Shown piece by piece: positions 20,401 to 28,820 of a DNA stretch of 64,000 nucleotides. Within the stretch, counting starts at the first letter, position 1; each line of letters starts with the position of its first letter. The stretch spans positions 1 to 64,000 of IMG/VR virus record IMGVR_UViG_3300031760_000032; one strand, 5' to 3'. The position numbers and the translations under genes are program-made. The stretch is from a virus. Taxonomy: Duplodnaviria; Caudoviricetes. A model generated the notes under the pieces. It did no database searches. It was given only the letters and a program-made list of their open reading frames with translations, and was not told the DNA's origin.

Positions 20401-20728
20401 TACTTGTATTAGAACCTATAATAACACTTTTTGGTTTATTATTAGACTTAATATAAGTTTTAAAATCAGATAATGTATCAAACGTATGTAGTGTTATTTC
20501 GTCGTCTATTACATTTATTTTCCCTTCATCAATTTTAAGTGTTTCTCCTTCGATATTACACCATTCTTCGCCGTTATAGTAATATATTGAACCCATAGTT
20601 TCATCTTCATCAATTAGTAAACAAGTTCTACCTACGAATAAATTAGTGTCTGGAAGATTATAAACTTTTTCTGGGACAGCTAGTTTAATTTCATTTCCCT
20701 GAAAATCTAAGCATGTGTTAATTTTCAT
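18872..20728 (-). CDS. BspA-type LRR protein with tail-fibre-like N-terminal domain, two LRR blocks
   Basis: Two arrays of about 9 23-aa LRRs, each capped by GxPWGA; N-terminus MKINTCLDFQGNEIK...YYYNGEEW. Confidence 0.9.
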   Translation of the reverse strand: MKINTCLDFQGNEIKLAVPEKVYNLPDTNLFVGRTCLLIDEDETMGSIYYYNGEEWCNIEGETLKIDEGKINVIDDEITLHTFDTLSDFKTYIKSNNKPKSVIIGSNTSITSIYSDTFSGCTSLVSITIPNSVTKIDQLAFNGCTSLVSIAIPNSVTSIGAGVFMGCTSLVSITIPNRVTKINEATFDGCTSLKSITSPTSITIPDSVTSIDINAFRNCTSLTSIIIPNRVTSIGEGVFSGCTSLKSITIYNSVTSIGNKAFMGCTSLISITIPNRVTSIGNNAFDGCTSLKSITIPSSVTSIGDNAFSNCDILILEDYKSRTGYPWGANILIQNEDVTITIDESSTDRQVPTANGVYNFITENMFSIKFDMDYLKEYIERTISSIDIADGVTSIGDSAFANCASLTSVTIPDSVTSIGNKAFMSCTSLASITIPDGVTSIGSGVFRGNTSLTSITIPKDVTSIDSEAFRGCTSLTSITIPDGVTSIGAYAFSGCTALASITIPDGVTSIGNESFSGCKSLTSVTIPDGVTSIGSKTFNGCTSLTSVTIPDGVTNIGNEAFKGCTSLTSITIPSSVTNIGSKTFNGCTSLTSIIINKPEGSISGAPWGATNATVQWNG

Positions 20729-20748
20729 ATACATTAACCTCCTTTGTA

Positions 20749-21309
20749 TTAATCATTAGAGAATGGGTCGTTTATAACATACTCCTCGTATCCAGATGGG
20801 CTACATTCACAATAATGTGGTGGAGATACTGGTTCTGGACACTGAGGTACAAAATCAGGAATCATACCATCAAAACACTTTACAGGCTTAATAGAAATGA
20901 TATTCTCGATACCGATTCTAAGAAGCTTGCTTTCATATGCATCAGAGTAATCTACAATAATTGCAGTTACATCAATCATATGAGGCTTATCAATAAGCTT
21001 TTCAATACCCTTAGAGCATTCAAAGTCAATGATTCTTGCAGCAAAAGTACAAACTCCACGAGTCTGACTAACTGCTTTAATCTCATAAGTTTCATTCTCA
21101 TGAATGTCAAATGTCTGTACGTGACCATGACAATCCACATAACGAACAGATAATACTGTTCTTCCTACAATACCAACTTTGCCATGATAATGTGGATGAC
21201 AATGATGGTGAGGAGGAGGGCATGGATGTGGCGCTGGGCAAGGTCTAGGGCCACAATTATAATCATCAAAATGTGATACATTCTGATAGTAATAAACAGG
21301 CTTCTTCAT
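20749..21309 (-). CDS. Hypothetical protein with Pro/His/Cys-rich N-terminus; paralog of 52419..52805
   Basis: CGPRPCPAPHPCPPPHHHCHPHYHG tract; late promoter at 21338-21349. Confidence 0.65.
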   Translation of the reverse strand: MKKPVYYYQNVSHFDDYNCGPRPCPAPHPCPPPHHHCHPHYHGKVGIVGRTVLSVRYVDCHGHVQTFDIHENETYEIKAVSQTRGVCTFAARIIDFECSKGIEKLIDKPHMIDVTAIIVDYSDAYESKLLRIGIENIISIKPVKCFDGMIPDFVPQCPEPVSPPHYCECSPSGYEEYVINDPFSND

Positions 21310-21407
21310 ATAGAATATCCTCCTTTATAATCAATTTTATATGTATGTTTTGTTAGAATAGATAGGTGGAACTTTATAATAAAATGCTCAAAAGGAGGTA
21401 TTCTCAT

Positions 21408-23246
21408 ATGCTTATTGACCAAGCTAAATTTATATATGACTTTACTACACCAGATGTAGAAGTAACAACAGAAGGTGCTTTATTAAATGAAGCAGCAGCT
21501 ACTTCAGAACATTTTAAAACTGAAGTACTTGATGTAGATAAGTTTATCAAGAATAATATACTTAAAGAAGTATCTAATCCTGTATTCTTTAATGGTCCAA
21601 CTCCAACAGAAGATGGATTGTTAAGTAATGAAATCTTTGGTATCACTAAAGCTGAACGTGCTGGTATATATGCCTATATTAATCTAGGTGGTCAGTTTAT
21701 TCAGCCATTAATCTATAAGACATTACTTAAACTCAATGGTAAAATCGCAGATGTAGTAAATGGTACAGATTATTTTATCATTAATGATAAAGGAGAACTT
21801 GTACAGAGCGATGATGGTGATACTGGTATTGACTGGTTAAAGAAAAACTTCTCTAAGATTAAGTTTAAGAAGAATGAATCTGCATCTAGAAATAAGAGAA
21901 TTGATTTTATTGAGAAAGTAAAAAATAAGATGTGGGTAGATAAGTGGGTTGTTATTCCTGCTTATTATAGAGACGTAGATACTAGAGATGCTGGTATCGG
22001 TGTAGGTGAAATCAATAAACTCTATAGTAGCTTGATAATGGCTACAAAAGCACTTAAAGAAACATCTGGTTATGGTCTTACATTAAGTGATGTCACTAAA
22101 GCAAGAGTACAGAATATCTTAGTACAGATTTTTGACTGGTTTGGTAATGGTACTACTATTAATGGACAAGAAACTCCTGCTAACTTACCTGGTAAGATGG
22201 GTCTTATTAAACGTGGTACATTGTATAAGACTATTGACTATTCTGCTCGTCTAGTTATGTCTGCTCCTGATGTAAGTGGAGAAGATATAGATGACTTGAT
22301 GATTGACATGGACCACTGTGCATTACCGCTTGCTGCAGCGCTTTGTTGTTTTAAGCCATTTATCATGTTCTGGTTAAGACGTTTCTTTGAGAATAGATTT
22401 GCTGGTAAATTAGAGTATCCTATTATGATTAATGATAAAGAGTCTGTCATGGTTCCTCTAGTAGACTATCAAATTGCATTTTCTGATATAGAGATTGATA
22501 AACAGATTGAACGTTTTATTCATGGCTATAGTAATCGTTTTATTCCTATTGAAATTCCAGTAGATAAAGAAGAGTTTGCTAGACGTGCTAAGAATCATCA
22601 AATAGTAGGAGCTATTTCTGGTAAAGAAATTAAAGATTTGAAAAATTTAAATTTTTGGATGGGATTTACTGGATATAAACTTAATAATTCAGAAGAATAT
22701 AAAGAGACTAAACAAGATTATTCAGAAACTCTTAAAGTAAATAGACGTATTACATGGTGTGATTTATTCTATATGGCAGCATGTGATGTTACATCAGATA
22801 AGATGTGTCTTATTACTCGTTTCCCTATTGACTCTTATCTTAACCAATATCCTACAAAGGTTAGAATTAAATCTACAGTTAAAACTGCACCTATGGTTAT
22901 TCAGTCTGACTTTGAAGATAATATGAAATTATATAAGTGGTATCCTGTTATTGAAGATACGGACATTAACTCTAATACATCTCCAGTATTTGAAGATACT
23001 CTTTCTATTAGTAATGGTCTTATTGAAGCTATGGGTATGGACTATGATGGTGATACAGCAATTGTTAAACCAGTGTACACAATTGAGGCTAATCAGGAAT
23101 GTGAAAAACAAGCTAACGCAAAGATTCAGGTTCTTGGTATGAATGGCTTCACTACAAGAGGTGTATCAAAAGAAAACATTCTTTGTCTATATGAACTTAC
23201 TATTCATCCAGATAAAAGTGTTAAGTTTGTTAATCCAGAGTTCTAA
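21408..23246 (+). CDS. RNA polymerase beta-prime N-terminal/catalytic subunit (probably virion RNAP)
   Basis: GLLSNEIFG, VIPAYYRD, GKMGLIKRGTLYKTIDYSARLVM, LITRFP, catalytic GMDYDGD (NADFDGD equivalent); no Cys zinc-binding domain. Start refined to ATG 21408 behind AGGAGG. Confidence 0.85.
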   Translation: MLIDQAKFIYDFTTPDVEVTTEGALLNEAAATSEHFKTEVLDVDKFIKNNILKEVSNPVFFNGPTPTEDGLLSNEIFGITKAERAGIYAYINLGGQFIQPLIYKTLLKLNGKIADVVNGTDYFIINDKGELVQSDDGDTGIDWLKKNFSKIKFKKNESASRNKRIDFIEKVKNKMWVDKWVVIPAYYRDVDTRDAGIGVGEINKLYSSLIMATKALKETSGYGLTLSDVTKARVQNILVQIFDWFGNGTTINGQETPANLPGKMGLIKRGTLYKTIDYSARLVMSAPDVSGEDIDDLMIDMDHCALPLAAALCCFKPFIMFWLRRFFENRFAGKLEYPIMINDKESVMVPLVDYQIAFSDIEIDKQIERFIHGYSNRFIPIEIPVDKEEFARRAKNHQIVGAISGKEIKDLKNLNFWMGFTGYKLNNSEEYKETKQDYSETLKVNRRITWCDLFYMAACDVTSDKMCLITRFPIDSYLNQYPTKVRIKSTVKTAPMVIQSDFEDNMKLYKWYPVIEDTDINSNTSPVFEDTLSISNGLIEAMGMDYDGDTAIVKPVYTIEANQECEKQANAKIQVLGMNGFTTRGVSKENILCLYELTIHPDKSVKFVNPEF

Positions 23247-23476
23247 AATTGTATATCATAATAGTGATGAGAGTAAATATATTATACTTTCATGTATAGC
23301 CTCACTCTCATCCATACTATCCGAAAGGAGGTGTTAGTATGGGTGACGGATTTGGAGGCTTCGTTGACTGAAAATATTAATATTAATTCAGTCAAGCAAA
23401 CGAGATTTTCAAAATTCTATTCTTTAGAAAGGAGCAAGAATTATGAGTAAACTATAACAACTCAAGTTTGAAACAA

Positions 23477-23511
23477 AACCCACACGCTCATCGGCGTGTG
23501 GGTTATTTTTT
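23477..23511. terminator. Bidirectional terminator
   Basis: AACCCACACGC / GCGTGTGGGTT plus T tract. Confidence 0.8.
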
Positions 23512-23514
23512 GTA

Positions 23515-24003
23515 TTATTCATCGTTACCTTCATAATAAGGTGTATCACTGAACTTATCTTCATCTTCAGGGTCTTCCTGAATAAATTCCTCATTCTGTT
23601 CACTAGTAGGTTCTGTAACAGTTGTAGCTTCTTCTACAGGCTGTTCAACAACAGCAGCCTTCTTAGAAGAGGTTGTAGTAGTTACGGTCTCTTCCTTAAT
23701 CTTCTCTACACGAGCAGTATTGTTTCTCTCATCTTCAGCGATGCCCTTATTTATTTCAGTATCGTTGAGCTGAGCAGCATAAGAACGAAGTACTTCCTTG
23801 AAATTATCTGCAGTAAGTCTAACCTTAGTTCCGTTATTTTTTTCCAAAGTAACGATAGCATAACAAGAAAGACACTGAGCAATTTCAGAAGCATTCATCT
23901 TCTTACGAATTCTAGCATAACGCTGAATAGTTGGTCTAATAGTAACAACAGGATAATTCTTAGTCTCTACAGTTACCATGAACTTAGTTACATTATTAGT
24001 CAT
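23515..24003 (-). CDS. Hypothetical protein, acidic C-terminus
   Basis: 162 aa, GGAGG SD, part of a late operon starting at 26174. Confidence 0.65.
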   Translation of the reverse strand: MTNNVTKFMVTVETKNYPVVTIRPTIQRYARIRKKMNASEIAQCLSCYAIVTLEKNNGTKVRLTADNFKEVLRSYAAQLNDTEINKGIAEDERNNTARVEKIKEETVTTTTSSKKAAVVEQPVEEATTVTEPTSEQNEEFIQEDPEDEDKFSDTPYYEGNDE

Positions 24004-24019
24004 TGTTTATATCCTCCAA

Positions 24020-24445
24020 TCAATAGTCAACATCGATATCACCGTCAATTAGAGAGTCAATATCATCTCCATCATCAACAAGTGCTTCTAAGTCCTCATA
24101 TGGACAAAGAACATCTTCGATATCTTCAATAAGGTCATCTTCATCATCAATACCACAATCATCTAATGTATCTTGAAAAAGGTCACCTTCTCCTTCAATA
24201 TCATCAGTGATTTCAGCATCAATAAATGCATTTACTTCCTCATCATCTTCAAGAAACTGAGTCTCGTCATCATAACCAGAATCGATTTCAAGGTCAGCCA
24301 TCTTATCTGCTGCAGTAGTAGCTTCGGTAAGAATATCCTTCTCGGCAAGAAGCCATTCATCTACAGCATTTTCTACGACTAGGTCTCTCTGAGCATTCAT
24401 AACGTCTTCAATAATCTGGTCGACTGAAGCAGTTTTAGTAAGCAT
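24020..24445 (-). CDS. Highly acidic small protein (possible internal head protein)
   Basis: 141 aa, very Asp/Glu rich. Confidence 0.6.
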   Translation of the reverse strand: MLTKTASVDQIIEDVMNAQRDLVVENAVDEWLLAEKDILTEATTAADKMADLEIDSGYDDETQFLEDDEEVNAFIDAEITDDIEGEGDLFQDTLDDCGIDDEDDLIEDIEDVLCPYEDLEALVDDGDDIDSLIDGDIDVDY

Positions 24446-24462
24446 AATATAACACTCCTTTC

Positions 24463-24948
24463 TTAAGCATTAAAGATAGAATCATATTCAGAAGTTACAT
24501 TAGTTCCATCATCTGTAGTAAAGTGTACATCATTTTCATCTGCATCACCATCTACATTAGGAACTGAGATATATAACTGAAAATCTTCAGGAGTAATCTC
24601 ATCAAAGTTTACATCTTCGCAATAGTCAGGGTCCATATTATTAAGATGCTCATCATCTGCTTTTAGACCAAGCTGTTTCTTAAGAACTTCACCATATGAA
24701 TCATCAGCAATATCTTCTACAGTATCAATTCTTTCAAGTACCTTATCTATAATATAATTAAAAGGTAACTCACCTTCATCTCTATCAGCTTCAAAGATAT
24801 TATTCTCATCATCCATAACTCTAAGACATAAATCATCAATGAAGTTATCTACACATGTAAAGATAGAATCAGATAATTCGTCATCTGCTACTACCATATC
24901 ACATACAAAATCAGTCATAAGACTATCAAGTGTAACAGGCTGAGACAT
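24463..24948 (-). CDS. Highly acidic small protein
   Basis: 161 aa, Asp/Glu rich, AAAGGAGG SD. Confidence 0.6.
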   Translation of the reverse strand: MSQPVTLDSLMTDFVCDMVVADDELSDSIFTCVDNFIDDLCLRVMDDENNIFEADRDEGELPFNYIIDKVLERIDTVEDIADDSYGEVLKKQLGLKADDEHLNNMDPDYCEDVNFDEITPEDFQLYISVPNVDGDADENDVHFTTDDGTNVTSEYDSIFNA

Positions 24949-24980
24949 ATAAAGTCCTCCTTTCCTAGATTATTGGTATG

Positions 24981-26174
24981 TTAAGACATGAGCTTTTTAA
25001 TGCTATACTCAAGTACAAATATTAACATAGGTATTGTGTAGAATAAATCAACTGTAGGTTTAAAATCAATAGCTTCTAATAATGGTATAATAGAAGAATC
25101 AAGTTTAACATCGTTGAAATAGTCTATGATAATATTATAGTATGCTTTTGGGTCATTCGGTAATAGCTTTTCTTTAAATTTAACGCTACTAATCAATTGT
25201 GCATCTACTGGATTAAACAATGATAGACCAAAATCTTTATGTTTAATAATGTAGTAATCATCTGCTACAGTAGAGAATAACGAATACTGGTCTTGTATAA
25301 GCTCAGCATTACAATTTTGATTAGTAAACTTCTCTACAGTTTTAGTCTCTAAAGCTCTAAATAGACTCTGATTATAATCAATAGAGAAAGTTCTTGGAAC
25401 TGGTACTTCATGATTAACATAGATATACTCAGTAGAGCCAGATAAGATATCATTTCTAGATAAGAATTCAATCATGTAAGGGTCATAGAGATTACCATAA
25501 GGACCAGTATAAGTAAATGTCTGTACAGAGTCATTATAGAATAGAGAGATATAATAATCCTTCATTTGTATAAGCAGACTATCTAATGTATCAATACAAT
25601 CATAGATAGTTTCTTTTACTATAGCATTATAACTTGTACCGACATTATTGATAATCATTCTATAAGTTTCAGTAACCTGGTTATCAATATAAGATTCACC
25701 TGTTTGGTCAATTTGTGCATCAAACTTATAGACGTTATTGTTATTATCTATAGTGTCATACGATACTGAATTGACTCTATAGATAAATTCTTTACCAGCC
25801 TGTTTAAGAGTAAAATGGTCGCCTTGATAAGGAATCCATGTATTAGGAAGCACAATACCACTAATAGATGGAGGTGCAGTAGATAAACCATCTTCATCAT
25901 ACTCTAAGTCAATTTCAATTCGAATACCTTGAGCATAAAAGACTGCATCTTTAATGAGTTTATAACGAATTGGACTATTCTTACCAATTGCTACATATTC
26001 TGCTCCAGTACCTTCATCTAGTGTAGTAGCATCTTTATCAATATTACGCCAATCACAAATAACAGGAGACATATTATTGAATACATAGTTAGCAGTTTTT
26101 ACTTTCTGTATCGTACCAGAAGTAAGAGCGTCAATAGCCCTAGCATATGACTTATTAATAAACTTGCCACTCAT
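24981..26174 (-). CDS. Putative virion structural (neck/head-tail type) protein
   Basis: 397 aa; SPIRY, GIVLPNTWIPYQGDHF pattern seen in jumbo-phage structural proteins; late promoter at 26201-26212. Confidence 0.5.
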   Translation of the reverse strand: MSGKFINKSYARAIDALTSGTIQKVKTANYVFNNMSPVICDWRNIDKDATTLDEGTGAEYVAIGKNSPIRYKLIKDAVFYAQGIRIEIDLEYDEDGLSTAPPSISGIVLPNTWIPYQGDHFTLKQAGKEFIYRVNSVSYDTIDNNNNVYKFDAQIDQTGESYIDNQVTETYRMIINNVGTSYNAIVKETIYDCIDTLDSLLIQMKDYYISLFYNDSVQTFTYTGPYGNLYDPYMIEFLSRNDILSGSTEYIYVNHEVPVPRTFSIDYNQSLFRALETKTVEKFTNQNCNAELIQDQYSLFSTVADDYYIIKHKDFGLSLFNPVDAQLISSVKFKEKLLPNDPKAYYNIIIDYFNDVKLDSSIIPLLEAIDFKPTVDLFYTIPMLIFVLEYSIKKLMS

Positions 26175-26249
26175 TTATATACCTCCTTGTATGGTTATAT
26201 TATTGAAATGTTCAACAAACAAAAAATAAGGGGTGAAGTAAATCACCCC

Positions 26250-27281
26250 TTATATTTTATAACAGAAGTCGTCCATTCTCCATTCTGGTACACCGAAGTC
26301 TTTCTCATTTCTGTACTTGTTTCTATGCAAGAAGAACTGATATCCGAATACAGAGTAGTTCATAACTATATTAGTTATCATCTTGTCATCTACATCTGCA
26401 TCTGGGAAGAAGTGTACTTCTAAACTAAATGGCATTGCAGTATGAATAAACCAATATAAAGCTTTCTCATACGCTTTACCACGTCCAGCAATATATACAC
26501 AATTATCTTCAGACTTTATTAGATTGTATTTTATACCCAATACATCAAACGGTCCTTCTGCAATATATAACTTTATATGTCTACCTAAGTCTACATTACA
26601 TGGAAGTATATAGAAGTCATTATCAGGTGTATTCTTAAACACTTTATAATTAATATACTTCTGCTGTAATGATTCTTCTAGTTTACTTTCTGCATAACTA
26701 CCAGATATGATATTTCTCATATTCAAACTAGCATTACTTCTAGAAAGAAATCCTATAAAGTAGTAGTTAAGTTGTTGTACAGTATTAGGATGTCTTGTAA
26801 GATAGTTAATACCATTGCGAGATAATAAGTCTGATATATTGAGTATAATCTTATTTCTTATACAATCTTCATATGTGAATCTTAAGCCAAGTCTATCATT
26901 TACATACTTAAGTTTATATTCAGATAACTCATTCACGGTTACATTATCCCATAATAGATTATAGAATGAATTGTTTCCAGAGAATCCCATTTTAAAGTCT
27001 GAGCCTTTATTAGAATTCAATATCTCTGGGTCAAGTTGTTTTGATATTCCAATATCATCTAAAAAGTCTTGATTCAGATAACCATGAGATTTACATATGA
27101 AACAGTTATAAGTTATTGGTTTATTAGGGTCATTAAATGGTCCTATATATAGCTTTGGTCTTTGTTCACCACAAAATGGACAAGGACAAGCTATTTCATT
27201 ACCACCTGAAACAATTGATGGTCTATCAAGTACTTGTAGAAGATATTGTTTTATCGCTTCCTTCTGTATCATTATCATCAA
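26250..27281 (-). CDS. DNA primase (zinc finger + TOPRIM)
   Basis: CPCPFCG...YNCFIC zinc finger, YIAEGPFDV and FFPDAD TOPRIM motifs; start may be 27272. Confidence 0.8.
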   Translation of the reverse strand: MMIMIQKEAIKQYLLQVLDRPSIVSGGNEIACPCPFCGEQRPKLYIGPFNDPNKPITYNCFICKSHGYLNQDFLDDIGISKQLDPEILNSNKGSDFKMGFSGNNSFYNLLWDNVTVNELSEYKLKYVNDRLGLRFTYEDCIRNKIILNISDLLSRNGINYLTRHPNTVQQLNYYFIGFLSRSNASLNMRNIISGSYAESKLEESLQQKYINYKVFKNTPDNDFYILPCNVDLGRHIKLYIAEGPFDVLGIKYNLIKSEDNCVYIAGRGKAYEKALYWFIHTAMPFSLEVHFFPDADVDDKMITNIVMNYSVFGYQFFLHRNKYRNEKDFGVPEWRMDDFCYKI

Positions 27282-27513
27282 CTACTTTCTTATCTATATT
27301 AATCTCATACCCTAATGCTTCAGCATAACGTATAAGACTTCTAAGAGTATAAGAGTTTTCTCCACTCTCTATATTACTTATTGTAGCTGTTGATAGTCCA
27401 CTCATTTCTGATAATTGTTTCTGAGTAAGACCATGAGACTTACGAATATTCGTAAGTCTCATTCTAATGAATTGGTCTTGAATATACACATCTATATTAT
27501 TCACATATACCAA
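27226..27513 (-). CDS. XRE/Cro-family helix-turn-helix protein
   Basis: IRKSHGLTQKQLSEMSGLSTATISNIESG...LIRYAEALG; overlaps the primase start. Confidence 0.85.
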   Translation of the reverse strand: MVYVNNIDVYIQDQFIRMRLTNIRKSHGLTQKQLSEMSGLSTATISNIESGENSYTLRSLIRYAEALGYEINIDKKVVDDNDTEGSDKTISSTST

Positions 27514-28153
27514 TCCTCACTTTCAATTCAAGCTCTATAAGTTTATCTACATCTACGTTAGCACATTCGTTGGCATCTGATTCTGGAGAAAGACTATAAT
27601 ATTTTTTACAAGTCTCTCTATAGAATACATCATCATCGTCATTTTCATGTTCATTATAAAATGTCCAATACTCTTGATTAAACATTTCATTTTCTAAATA
27701 TAACCACACGTTTAAATCCTCTGTACCTCCTCTATCCTCTATTTCTTTCTCTATATGAAGAACATGTCCTATTTCATGTCTAAGACAGATTTCGATATAT
27801 TCCTTTATGATAGAGGTGTCCTGGTTATGATATAGCAGTTCTATAATATGCTGTTTAGAAATGATTGTTCTGTATGATAATTTACCATCATCTCTTTCAT
27901 CGTATTTTGTAAGAGCAAATGCATCATCATATAATTTATTATCATTATAAATTTCAGCATACAGACTATCAACGCAGTCACATTTATCTTTATATCTTAT
28001 TTCATATTCCTGTTCAAGGTATTCGTTATATGTTTCAGGGATAGAAAATTTCCATCTTGATTTATCTATATTATATTCACTAGAGAGTTTATTAGCCATC
28101 TCTTTAGCGAATAAAACGATTTCATAATATCTTCTAGCAGTCTGTCTAAGCAT
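27497..28153 (-). CDS. Zincin-like metallopeptidase (HExxH)
   Basis: CLRHEIGHVLH and a downstream ESDANE third-ligand-like motif. Confidence 0.6.
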   Translation of the reverse strand: MLRQTARRYYEIVLFAKEMANKLSSEYNIDKSRWKFSIPETYNEYLEQEYEIRYKDKCDCVDSLYAEIYNDNKLYDDAFALTKYDERDDGKLSYRTIISKQHIIELLYHNQDTSIIKEYIEICLRHEIGHVLHIEKEIEDRGGTEDLNVWLYLENEMFNQEYWTFYNEHENDDDDVFYRETCKKYYSLSPESDANECANVDVDKLIELELKVRIGICE

Positions 28154-28154
28154 A

Positions 28155-28820
28155 TTACTCACTCTCCTTTTCAAGTCTGATTTCCCACTCTACTGTATCA
28201 GCAATATTTATGCCTACAGCTTCATTAGCCTTCTTTTCCATAGGAAGATTATGATAATAGGTATAATATTCTCTCATACCATCTTCATCAAGAGTATCGA
28301 AATCATGTTCTTTGATATATTCTTCCCATAATTTCTCTTGTTCTTTTACATCATTATTAAAGATTTCACCAGCTTCTTTTACTTTGTGTTCTTTAAAAAT
28401 TTTAATATTAGCCACAACATGTCCGACTTCATGTCTAAGACAATGTTTGAGATAATCAATCAATATATCTTCTGGACAATCTACATGATAATACAGAAAT
28501 TTGCAAAGTGTTTCTTCTGGTATAATGATAGCTTGTACAGGAGCTCCATCTGTTAGTACACATAATAATTTATTATACATAAGTGTACCGTCAAAACGCT
28601 CATCGTCTAAATAAGCTTTATACAATTCTTCCTTTGTTACTGTGCTAAACTTCCAGAGTTTTTCATAGTTAACCATGAACTCAAGTTTAGAATTTGCTAC
28701 GACGAAAAACAGATTAGATTTACTAATTGGTTCAATCAATCCAAATTCCTCACTAAGTTTATCGAATTCATTATAAAGCATAGCTTTAATTTTTGTTAAG
28801 AAACTATATCTCTTATTCAT
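28155..28820 (-). CDS. Zincin-like metallopeptidase (HExxH), paralog of the preceding gene
   Basis: CLRHEVGHVVA and EKKANE. Confidence 0.6.
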   Translation of the reverse strand: MNKRYSFLTKIKAMLYNEFDKLSEEFGLIEPISKSNLFFVVANSKLEFMVNYEKLWKFSTVTKEELYKAYLDDERFDGTLMYNKLLCVLTDGAPVQAIIIPEETLCKFLYYHVDCPEDILIDYLKHCLRHEVGHVVANIKIFKEHKVKEAGEIFNNDVKEQEKLWEEYIKEHDFDTLDEDGMREYYTYYHNLPMEKKANEAVGINIADTVEWEIRLEKESE

